Source: an uncultured Acidimicrobiales bacterium (GTDB lineage: Bacteria; Actinomycetota; Acidimicrobiia; Acidimicrobiales; SHLQ01). Taken from it: a stretch of DNA of 64,000 nucleotides. How positions within the stretch are numbered: the stretch's first letter is position 1; every line of letters starts with the position of its first letter. The notes beneath the pieces were generated by a model that did not search any database, was not told where the DNA came from, and saw only the letters and a list, made by a program, of their open reading frames with translations. Both the position numbers and the translations under genes were made by a program. This document shows positions 44,399 through 52,810 of the stretch, in pieces. The DNA is taken from assembly GCA_905479685.1 (NCBI GenBank), contig CAJQNJ010000006.1, positions 20,111 through 84,110 of the forward strand. Reading direction: 5' to 3'.

Positions 44399-45736
44399 TC
44401 AGCCCGCAACGATACGAAAGAGCCCGCCGCTTCGACTCACCACGACGGGTTCGCCGTCGCCATCAACCCCGAAGCTCGACAATCGATCGACTGGCGCAAG
44501 GTCGAGTCTGACGGGTTCGGCGCTGTCATCGACGCGGTAGCCGAACACCTCACCGGTACAGAAGTCGCCGTAGAGATACGTTCCTCGAAGTGCCGGAATC
44601 GACTCTCCCCGGTAGACCTCGCCTCCAGTGATCGAACACCGTCCATCAATGTGTGCGTACGTGATGACCGGAGCGACGTGTTCGGCTGGGGCTGTCCCCC
44701 CGCGGAAGGGTTCGTCCCCTTCCACCTCGTTCCAACCGAGGTTTGCGCCATTGCCTCCTCCGTCATCGCCTCGAAGGACGGTCACCTCTTCGAAGCGATC
44801 CTGACCCACATCCCCAATCCAGAGATCGCCGGTGACGGGGTCGAACGCGAATCGCCAGGCATTGCGGATTCCCCAGAGGAAGACCTCGGGCGCCTGTCCG
44901 TTGGGGAAGGGGTTGTCGCTCGGAATCGCATACCCATCGGGGCCCGATACGTCGATCCGAAGAATCGATCCAAGCAGTGTGTCGGGGTTCTGCCCGTGCT
45001 CATCGGGGTCGCCGGCCCCTCCCCCGTCACCCAGCCCGATGTAGAGGTAGCCGTCTGGGCCAAAGGCCAACTGCCCACCGTTGTGGTTGCCGCGTGGTTG
45101 CGGGATCGTGAGAAGAACCTCAGCCGACTCAGCGTCCGCGACTGGTCCCGCCATCACGTACCGAGCAATTGTGGTCGTGCCGACCTCGTCGGTGTAGTCG
45201 ACGTACAGGTCATCTCCGTCGGGGGAAAACACGAGGCCGAGAAGCCCTTGCTCGTTCCCGAGACTCACGTCGCCACGAAGGTCAAGCGCAACATCAGCCC
45301 CATCAGGGGAGCCTCCGGGGAGTCGGACAATTCGACCCCGTTGTTCAACCACGTACAGATCGTCTGTCTCAGGGCGAACCGCCACTGCGACCGGACTCGT
45401 GAAGGTGGAAACCAGTTCGAGTTCGAGCCCGATGGTCTCGATCGGCACCGTGACGATGGTGGTCGACGGCGACGCTGTCGTCTCGGGAGTGGCGTTCGAC
45501 GTTGGAGGAGCCGTGGCTGTCGTTGATGACCCGGTCGTGGCGCTCGAAGCGGTCACGGTCACATCGTCATCAACTGCGAGCTCGGCGCCTGGCCGACCAT
45601 CGTTGGTCTCTGGTTCTGCTGTGCCGGATCTCGCCGAGGACCCACAGGCACTCAGCACCATGCCCACCCCAAGCGCCCAGAGGGCTATCGATGGTCGACG
45701 GTGCATCACCTCGATCGTACCGATCGGCTGCCGCAT
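44399..45736 (-). CDS. PQQ-dependent sugar (glucose/sorbosone) dehydrogenase-like beta-propeller lipoprotein
   Basis: Lipobox LSAC. A Thr/Ser/Pro linker, then GNHNGGQLAFGPDGYLY and WIGDVGQDRFEE motifs. Confidence 0.75.
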   Translation of the reverse strand: MRQPIGTIEVMHRRPSIALWALGVGMVLSACGSSARSGTAEPETNDGRPGAELAVDDDVTVTASSATTGSSTTATAPPTSNATPETTASPSTTIVTVPIETIGLELELVSTFTSPVAVAVRPETDDLYVVEQRGRIVRLPGGSPDGADVALDLRGDVSLGNEQGLLGLVFSPDGDDLYVDYTDEVGTTTIARYVMAGPVADAESAEVLLTIPQPRGNHNGGQLAFGPDGYLYIGLGDGGGAGDPDEHGQNPDTLLGSILRIDVSGPDGYAIPSDNPFPNGQAPEVFLWGIRNAWRFAFDPVTGDLWIGDVGQDRFEEVTVLRGDDGGGNGANLGWNEVEGDEPFRGGTAPAEHVAPVITYAHIDGRCSITGGEVYRGESIPALRGTYLYGDFCTGEVFGYRVDDSAEPVRLDLAPVDRLSSFGVDGDGEPVVVSRSGGLFRIVAG

Positions 45737-45769
45737 CCCTGCTCGTGGTTGAATCGACGAAGGTTCGAC

Positions 45770-46657
45770 TCAGACCGTTCGCCACGGCCGTGCTGTCGCC
45801 ACCGCCATTGCACGGAGCTCTGCGAATCGCTCGCTGACCTCACCGTGAATCACGTCATGGCGCAGCGTCGGGCTCGCGTCCGAAGCTGGACGCCAAATTG
45901 CTCGCCCTCCAGTGAATCCGGAGCACCCATGTTCGAAGGCGACCTGCAGCTGGGCCCGATACTGCTCGAAGGTGACGCCGGACGACAGCAACACCCATGG
46001 CTGTCGACAAGCTGCATCAACAGCGGCGCATGCATCGGCCCATCCTTCGGGATGGGATGGATCTCCGGGAAACTCGAGCTTCAAGACGTCGATGGGAAGG
46101 TCGGTCAACTGGCGAACCGTGTCGAGCACAACCGCTGGACGGTCGGCATCGTTCATCCCGAACGCGACGGGTTCCACCAAGAACGCCAGATCGAGGTCCG
46201 CGCAGATACCTGCGGTATCGGCGACGACCTTGCGCTGCTGCGCGGCGTGGTCGAGCCGCTCCGGTGCGTACGGCAACAGCAGCTTGGCTGCGCTCGCTCC
46301 GAACCTCTTTGCGTCGAGCGCCGTCCATCCTTCGAGCATTGTCGTCGGTCCAGCCCATGGGTCCTGCATGTACCCCTGCGCCTCGAGCGCGGCCATGAAC
46401 CCGCTGGTCCCCGAGAGAGCACCTGACTCGATCGCGTGAGGAAGGCTGAACTCGGGTTCGAGCATCACTCCGCTGGCCTGTGCACCAACGCCCCTGATCA
46501 GCTGCATCTTGAAATTCGTGATGTCCTGTGCGGATGCCTCGCCCGGTAGGACGGCCTTGAGCGAATCGCGATGGTCGATCGCGAGTACGGCGAACACGCC
46601 TTCGTTCGTCGCAAGCGTGTCGATGCCACGCATCTTTCCTGGGGTCAGTACATTCAT
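45770..46657 (-). CDS. class I aldolase of the LacD (tagatose-1,6-bisphosphate aldolase) family
   Basis: VFAVLAIDHRDSLK, DVLKLEFP, and PWVLLSSGVTFEQY ... GCSGFTGGRAIW, as in LacD/YihT-type aldolases. Confidence 0.7.
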   Translation of the reverse strand: MNVLTPGKMRGIDTLATNEGVFAVLAIDHRDSLKAVLPGEASAQDITNFKMQLIRGVGAQASGVMLEPEFSLPHAIESGALSGTSGFMAALEAQGYMQDPWAGPTTMLEGWTALDAKRFGASAAKLLLPYAPERLDHAAQQRKVVADTAGICADLDLAFLVEPVAFGMNDADRPAVVLDTVRQLTDLPIDVLKLEFPGDPSHPEGWADACAAVDAACRQPWVLLSSGVTFEQYRAQLQVAFEHGCSGFTGGRAIWRPASDASPTLRHDVIHGEVSERFAELRAMAVATARPWRTV

Positions 46658-46751
46658 GTCAGGCTCCCGTCTGCGGCGGGAGACCGCCAGGATTCTGGAG
46701 ATTCGGAGCGTCGATCACCGGCTGCGTCCAAGCCCCGACATCACCCTGTTC

Positions 46752-47537
46752 TCAGTCGTCGTGGATCCAAGTGAAGTCTGCATGGAAACAGGGCGGTGTG
46801 ATCCGCTCCTTGTCGACCAGCTCTCCGGCCAAGTAGTTCAGGAAGAACATGTTCGACCCAGGGCACGCGACGCTCGAGTGGTACCCCTTCGGCACGAGGG
46901 CGACATCACCGTCGTGTAGAACCACGGTCTCGTCGAAGCCATCCTCGGGAGCCCAGTTGCGATGAATTGCGAAGCCGTTCCCAGGGTCGAGGCGGAAGAG
47001 GTAGGTCTCCTCGAGGTACGGCGATCCTTCCACACCGTCGTGTCGATGTGGGGCCCAACCCGACCAGCTCCCTCGAGGCACGTACACCTCGTACAGGATC
47101 AGTCGTTCGGCATCGACCGGCGGGGCGAGGACGTGGTTGACCTGGCGGTGCGACGCACCGCCGCCACGGACTTCGCTCTTCATCTGGTCGGGAGTGATCA
47201 ACCGGGTCGGATACATGCCCTCGGCCGGCGCGGACCCAATCGCAAATTCGAACCGGTCGCCGATTGCCGTGATCGACATGGAATCGCCAGGTGTCGCGTA
47301 CACGATCTCGGGCATCTCGGTGAAGACGCTTGTGCGCCCGATCTCATAACTCTCGACACCGGCTCGCACGGCGCCGCGTCCAGAGAGCGGAACGATGGCG
47401 GTTTCTTGACCGGGGCGGGTGTCTTGATGCACCTCACCTTCGGCAAGGCTCACGACCGAGAAGCTGAGGAACCGCCACCGTGCCGATTCTGGCGTAACAG
47501 CCAGTCCTCCATCGTTTCGAATCAAGCTGTTGCTCAT
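46752..47537 (-). CDS. iolB: 5-deoxy-glucuronate isomerase family protein (IolB paralog, short form)
   Basis: WSGWAPHRHD, and PKGYHSSVACPGSNMFFLNYLAG (cupin, KduI/IolB family). Confidence 0.75.
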   Translation of the reverse strand: MSNSLIRNDGGLAVTPESARWRFLSFSVVSLAEGEVHQDTRPGQETAIVPLSGRGAVRAGVESYEIGRTSVFTEMPEIVYATPGDSMSITAIGDRFEFAIGSAPAEGMYPTRLITPDQMKSEVRGGGASHRQVNHVLAPPVDAERLILYEVYVPRGSWSGWAPHRHDGVEGSPYLEETYLFRLDPGNGFAIHRNWAPEDGFDETVVLHDGDVALVPKGYHSSVACPGSNMFFLNYLAGELVDKERITPPCFHADFTWIHDD

Positions 47538-48403
47538 TTGTCTTCCCAGTCATAGTGCTCGGGTACAGGTTTGGCACGAGGAAGGTCGCCAACTCCAGGG
47601 ATCGTCTGATCGAAGTCGATGCTCGCGCCGGTCATCATTCCAGACTCGGCCGAAGACAAGAAACAGATGCCCCGCGCGACTTCTTGAGGTTTGAGCAGCC
47701 GTCCCGTGGGTTGTGCTGCCTCGGCAGCGACGAGCCAGTCTTGCGGCGCATTGTGGAACCTCATCTGCGTGTCGTGTTCTGCAGGAGTGTCCATCCACCC
47801 AGGGTTGAGCATGTTGACCCGGATGTTCTCGGGCATCAGGGAGAATGCCGCGTTCTTCACCAGCGTCTCGAGCGCGTGTTTGGACGCCGAGTATGCCCAC
47901 AAGACCTCATTGCCACCGTGATGCGCGACGCTACCGATCAGCACCATCGAACCCGCCACACCCTCTCGTTTCATGATCTTGGCGAGGCCCGTCACCAAAA
48001 GAGCTGGCATCTTGACATTCAGGCCGAGCATCTCGTCCCACATGTCTGCCGTCGTGTTCCAGACCGAGCCGCGGAACGTTCCCGCTGCACAGTTGACAAA
48101 AGCGTGCACGACGCCGAACTCGGCGTCGACACGTTCGATCACGGTCTGCACGCCCGCGTGATCTCCGAGGTCGACCGAGTGGAAGACCGCTCGGCAGCCG
48201 TCTCCGTTCAATGACGCCGCCGCGGCTTCGCCCTTCTCGACGTTTCGCCCGACGAGCAACAAGCCCGCAGCACCTCGTGCCTTCATGAGTTCGGCTGTTG
48301 CGAACCCAAGACCCTGGGACCCACCGGTAATAACGGCGATCTTTCCCTCGAAGGATGCATGCGCGAACGGGTTGTTCGCATCGAGCGTTTGGTCGAGAGG
48401 CAT
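47534..48403 (-). CDS. classical SDR family oxidoreductase
   Basis: TGGSQGLG and YSASK motifs. I trimmed the start to the ATG at 48403 (TGATG junction with the iolG stop). Confidence 0.85.
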   Translation of the reverse strand: MPLDQTLDANNPFAHASFEGKIAVITGGSQGLGFATAELMKARGAAGLLLVGRNVEKGEAAAASLNGDGCRAVFHSVDLGDHAGVQTVIERVDAEFGVVHAFVNCAAGTFRGSVWNTTADMWDEMLGLNVKMPALLVTGLAKIMKREGVAGSMVLIGSVAHHGGNEVLWAYSASKHALETLVKNAAFSLMPENIRVNMLNPGWMDTPAEHDTQMRFHNAPQDWLVAAEAAQPTGRLLKPQEVARGICFLSSAESGMMTGASIDFDQTIPGVGDLPRAKPVPEHYDWEDK

Positions 48404-49407
48404 CAGGCCACCTCGTCGACCCGTACCGGGCGACCCTCCTTGGCAGAGCGGGCCGCAGCCATACCGATCGCAAGCGGGGCACGACCGTCCTTGCCAGTGA
48501 CCGGCATCTGGCCGCTCTTCAAACCATCGACAAACGCTGACCACTCGGCGAGGTAACTCGGGATGTAGCGCTCGAGAAAGAAGTACGGGATGTTCGAGAG
48601 ATGCGTCCCATCGGGACCATGAATCTCAGCGGTGTGGCTGCGAGGATTCTCCGACACTGCCATGCCCCCCGAGCCGAACACCTCGACACGCTGGTCGTAG
48701 CCGTACACGGCCTGACGGCTGTTGTCGATCGTTGTGATCGCCTCGTTCTCGTGTGTCAGCACGACCACGGCCGTATCGACATCACCGGCCTCACCGATCG
48801 CAGGGTCAACCCGCACCGCGGCGGTGGCGTACACCTGCACGACCTCGCTGCCGGTCACGAAACGCGCCATGTCAAAGTCATGAATCGTCATGTCATTGAA
48901 GATGCCGCCCGAGACCTTGATGTACTCGATTGGCGGCGGGGCGGGGTCACGGCTCGTGATTCGAACCATGTGGACATCGCCCACAGAGCCGTTTGCCACC
49001 GCCTGCTGAACAGCCGCGTGTGCGGGGTCAAAGCGACGATTGAACCCGATCTGCAACGGAACACCTGCCATCTCGACTGCCGCCAGAGCGCGATCGACCT
49101 CGGCAAGGTTCAGCGAGATCGGCTTCTCGAGAAAGATCGCCTTGCCCGCTTCGGCAGCCGCCACCACGAGATCGACGTGGGTGTCGGTGCTCGTGCAGAT
49201 CGCGACGGCATCGACATCACTTGCCATGACGTGCTCGGCGCTCTCGGCGACGTCGCAACCGAGGTCGGCGGCAACGGCATGTGCTGAATCGGCAAAAACG
49301 TCGAAGACCGAATGAAGATCGAGGGCGGGGACCTGGCGATCGATGAGTTCTGCATGCATCTTTCCGATGCGTCCCGTGCCGAGCACAGCGATGGTCGTGT
49401 TGGTCAT
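48403..49407 (-). CDS. iolG: inositol 2-dehydrogenase (Gfo/Idh/MocA family)
   Basis: IAVLGTGRIGKMH, EKP, GFNRRFDP, and SRDPAPPP ... SGGIFNDMTIHDFD. I trimmed the start to the ATG at 49407 (ATGA overlap). Confidence 0.8.
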   Translation of the reverse strand: MTNTTIAVLGTGRIGKMHAELIDRQVPALDLHSVFDVFADSAHAVAADLGCDVAESAEHVMASDVDAVAICTSTDTHVDLVVAAAEAGKAIFLEKPISLNLAEVDRALAAVEMAGVPLQIGFNRRFDPAHAAVQQAVANGSVGDVHMVRITSRDPAPPPIEYIKVSGGIFNDMTIHDFDMARFVTGSEVVQVYATAAVRVDPAIGEAGDVDTAVVVLTHENEAITTIDNSRQAVYGYDQRVEVFGSGGMAVSENPRSHTAEIHGPDGTHLSNIPYFFLERYIPSYLAEWSAFVDGLKSGQMPVTGKDGRAPLAIGMAAARSAKEGRPVRVDEVA

Positions 49408-50384
49408 GAGGTTGCTCCTGAGTGAGGGGTGGGCTCGGTCCGGGTGGAAGTCCCGGCGAGATATTGCGCTTTGAAACGTTCGAGGAGTGCTCGAACCGGA
49501 GTGGCACGTCGGCCGAGCACACGATCGGTGCGCGGTGTGCTGAGTGAGGTGTCGAACGGGATTGGCGCCGACAACATCGATTCTGGATCTGGCGGTCCGA
49601 AGTGCAGCAGGCTCTCGTCGAGATCGAAGACGTCGACTGCGAGTTCGGCCAGTTCGCGACGCGTCACCGCATCGGCGCCACAGCAGTGAAACACACCACC
49701 CAGGCGTCGTTCGCCGATTTGTATCATGATCTCGCCACACTCCAGTGCCAATGACGGCGTCGCGATCATATTGATGTCGTCACCCTCCCAGACCGTGAAC
49801 GGTCTGCCTGACCCGAGGGCGTCGACCAGGCTTGCCACAAAGTACCCGAAGCCCCGATCTTGTGACCGAGGAGTCTGGGGGCGCGCAACGTGCATTCCGT
49901 TCACGCCGCTCACGCGGGCCACCGCTCCGCCAGATTCGAGGGTGACCATCTCCGAGGCCAGCTTCAAGGTGCCGTAGAGATTGATGGGGTTGGGGGGTGT
50001 CTCCTCATGCGCTCCGCCTTGTGTGCCATCGAAGACCCAGTCGGTCGAGACCAGAACATATGCAGCACCCGCATCGTCCAACGCCGCTTTGGCAGTCGAA
50101 CGAGTTGCACCCACATACGCGGCCCACGAGGCATCACGATCTGCATACATTCGGTGCCAGTCGTTCATGATCGCGCAGTGCACGACAAGGTCTGGTGCGA
50201 ACTGTTCGATACTCCCTCGGACCGCTGAGTCGTCGACCATGTCGACCCGATCCACGGAATATCGCGCATCAACAGGTGCCACGAACGTGTGCGCTGAGGT
50301 CAGGACTTCGTGACCGCCATCGACTGCCGCCCGGACGATGTTGGAACCGACAAAACCACCGCCACCCGAGATCCACACCCTCAC
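49404..50384 (-). CDS. extended SDR, RmlD (dTDP-4-dehydrorhamnose reductase)-like NAD(P)-dependent reductase/epimerase
   Basis: SGGGGFVGSN, STDWVFDG, and YGTLK. The GTG at 50384 overlaps the upstream TGA (GTGA). Confidence 0.75.
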   Translation of the reverse strand: MRVWISGGGGFVGSNIVRAAVDGGHEVLTSAHTFVAPVDARYSVDRVDMVDDSAVRGSIEQFAPDLVVHCAIMNDWHRMYADRDASWAAYVGATRSTAKAALDDAGAAYVLVSTDWVFDGTQGGAHEETPPNPINLYGTLKLASEMVTLESGGAVARVSGVNGMHVARPQTPRSQDRGFGYFVASLVDALGSGRPFTVWEGDDINMIATPSLALECGEIMIQIGERRLGGVFHCCGADAVTRRELAELAVDVFDLDESLLHFGPPDPESMLSAPIPFDTSLSTPRTDRVLGRRATPVRALLERFKAQYLAGTSTRTEPTPHSGATS

Positions 50385-51784
50385 GACGTGCCGAAGGTTT
50401 CGACGCGACCATCGCGCATTCGGATCGGGTAGGTGGTCAGCGCTTCCTTGATCGGACGACGGGTCCCTTCGCCGGTGCGAAGATCGAAACGCCCATTGTG
50501 TTTCGGGCACTCGATCTCACAACCAAGGATCGTGCCGCCCGCAAGATCGGCGTCGCCGTGCGTGCACATCCGATCGATGAGGACCATGTCGCCGTCCTCG
50601 GTGCATGCGAGCAGGCGCTCGCTGCCATCGATGGTGACGGCGCGCGACTGACCTGCAGCGAGATCGCCTGGTCCGAGATCGAGCCAGCCATCGTTGGTGG
50701 TTTCACCGGACCATTCGAACCCTTGAACGATCGAACCCCGCACGCCCGGAACATCGGGAACTTCACGCTCCAGCTCCCACGTCGGATCGACGTGCTGGTG
50801 GCGGAACGCCGTGACGATCTCTCTGTAGGCAGCGAACGTGTTCGGTACGGGAAGCGCCAACTGATCCCGTATCTCTCGATGGAGCGCGGGCAAGTTGTAG
50901 TACGGCACTGCCGGGAACATGTGGTGCTCGACGTGGTAGTTCATGTTGAGATAGAGGAATCGGAAGATTGGATTCATGAGCACTGTTCGCGTGGAGTACC
51001 GGTGATCGAGCACGTCCTCGCGCAGACCAGCGTGCTGGGTCACCCCGAAGAAGACGACGAGCCATCCCCCGTAGATGGTTGGCCCGCCGATGAGAAGTAA
51101 TGGGTACAACGAGGTCGTTGCGATCGACCACACGATCACGGCCAACCAGATGCCAACGTAGATGCGAGCTTCCCAAGCCACCCGTTTACGGTCGCCCTCA
51201 GGGACAAGCACATCGACGACCGGGTCCTTCCAACCAGCAGCGTGTTTGAAAACGGTGCCGATCAGGGTCAAACCGCCCTGGATGTGGGTGAACGTCCATG
51301 CAAGGCGCCCAACCGATGGAGGCCTCGGAAAAACGATCTCCGCATCGCGGCCCACGATGATCGTGTCGGTGTGGTGCCGGAAGTGCGACCACCGCCAGTG
51401 TGTAGCACCCCGGGCGAGCAAGAAACTCGCTGGATAGTAGACAACGTCGTTCAACCACGGCGTCCGGAACGCAGTTCCATGTCCACTCTCGTGCCATCGT
51501 GCGTCAGCCGCGCCACCGAGGACAGCTCCGTAGGCGATGAAGGCCGGCAGCGCCCACCAACTGCCACGAAGGCTCCATGCGAGCGCTCCGAGTCCGATGA
51601 TGAGGCCGACCCAGATGATCGTGTCGGCAAGCGGGCGAAGATCCCGGCGCTCCATCAGCTGCTGCATTCGGTCGGGAGCGACCTCGGCCTGGAACCATTT
51701 GCCCTCGGCAAGTCCGCGTTCCTCGGCGCGCGCGGATTCGGATCCGACCAAGCTGTAGTCACGGGCAGGAATGGTTGTGGTCAT
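50381..51784 (-). CDS. membrane fatty-acid-desaturase-family di-iron oxygenase fused to a C-terminal Rieske [2Fe-2S] domain (MocD::MocE-like)
   Basis: His boxes HESGHG, HFRHH and HVEHH. The C-terminal Rieske motif is CTH-x16-CPKH. Confidence 0.85.
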   Translation of the reverse strand: MTTTIPARDYSLVGSESARAEERGLAEGKWFQAEVAPDRMQQLMERRDLRPLADTIIWVGLIIGLGALAWSLRGSWWALPAFIAYGAVLGGAADARWHESGHGTAFRTPWLNDVVYYPASFLLARGATHWRWSHFRHHTDTIIVGRDAEIVFPRPPSVGRLAWTFTHIQGGLTLIGTVFKHAAGWKDPVVDVLVPEGDRKRVAWEARIYVGIWLAVIVWSIATTSLYPLLLIGGPTIYGGWLVVFFGVTQHAGLREDVLDHRYSTRTVLMNPIFRFLYLNMNYHVEHHMFPAVPYYNLPALHREIRDQLALPVPNTFAAYREIVTAFRHQHVDPTWELEREVPDVPGVRGSIVQGFEWSGETTNDGWLDLGPGDLAAGQSRAVTIDGSERLLACTEDGDMVLIDRMCTHGDADLAGGTILGCEIECPKHNGRFDLRTGEGTRRPIKEALTTYPIRMRDGRVETFGTS

Positions 51785-52749
51785 CGGTGGTACACCTCCG
51801 GAGTGTTGTGGTCAGAGACAGGCGAGGGCCCGCCCTGAATGAGTGAGGTCACCGCGGCTTCAGCGACGAGCTGCGCTGCGAGACCATCGAGAGCCGACGG
51901 CCCTGTGGCCTCGGGATCGTCGAGCGATGCGACCCATCTCCGATCTTGGATTCGATAGGCGTCGGCAAACCAACCAAACCAGTCGAGGCCGATGGGGGTT
52001 CGGTGGTCGCCATCGATGCGAAGTCGGGGTCGTTGAGGGGCCGACGTCGTCACCATGCCTTTGGCCGCCGTGGCTTCGACTTCCACCTCGTACGCGTAGG
52101 TGTCATCGCTGAATTCGATCGTGGCCGTTGCCCCCGACGCGAGTCGAAGGACGAGCAAGACGTGGGTCAGTCCGCCGGGGCGAGGCGTCGAACGGGCATC
52201 GACGTAGACCACGCGCCCGGCGAGCCAATGGATCGTGTGAATGTCGTGGATCAATGACTGGACGATCACGGCCTCTGGGGGCCGAGCCACCTCGTTCGTG
52301 TTGCGATGGCTGCAGCGGAGATAGTGGAGATCACCAAGGTCCGCGAGCTGAGCGGCGAAGGCCAGGTGCGCCGGATCGACCTCGCGCATGAACCCGACCT
52401 GCACGCGCCGCTGACCGATCGACACTTCTTTGTCGATCACCGCACGCGCACCAGCGAGGTCGTTGGACAACGGCTTCTCGCACAGGACTCGGCTGCCGGC
52501 ATCGAGGGCTGCGATGGTCAACTCTGCGTGGGTGCTGTCCGGGGAGGCAATGATCACGCCATCCCATCCCTCTGCTGCGCATGCGTGCACGTCGGTGCTC
52601 ACCGGTACGTCGAATCGTTCGAGATCGGGGTGGGGATACGGATCGGCAATCGCGGCCAACTTCACACCGGGCACGTTGATCATCGTGTCCGCGTGGAAAC
52701 GACCCATTCCCCCTGCACCGATGACCGCGACCTGTTTCACGCTCGCCAC
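51781..52749 (-). CDS. Gfo/Idh/MocA family oxidoreductase (inositol dehydrogenase-like)
   Basis: VAVIGAGGMGRFH Rossmann N-terminus and the CEKP motif. ATGA overlap with the downstream oxygenase gene. Confidence 0.8.
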   Translation of the reverse strand: MASVKQVAVIGAGGMGRFHADTMINVPGVKLAAIADPYPHPDLERFDVPVSTDVHACAAEGWDGVIIASPDSTHAELTIAALDAGSRVLCEKPLSNDLAGARAVIDKEVSIGQRRVQVGFMREVDPAHLAFAAQLADLGDLHYLRCSHRNTNEVARPPEAVIVQSLIHDIHTIHWLAGRVVYVDARSTPRPGGLTHVLLVLRLASGATATIEFSDDTYAYEVEVEATAAKGMVTTSAPQRPRLRIDGDHRTPIGLDWFGWFADAYRIQDRRWVASLDDPEATGPSALDGLAAQLVAEAAVTSLIQGGPSPVSDHNTPEVYHR

Positions 52750-52810
52750 TTCCGACCGAGATCGGGCCGCTCGCTTTGCTCACCAACCGAGCAAACGTGA
52801 TGAGCCCACA

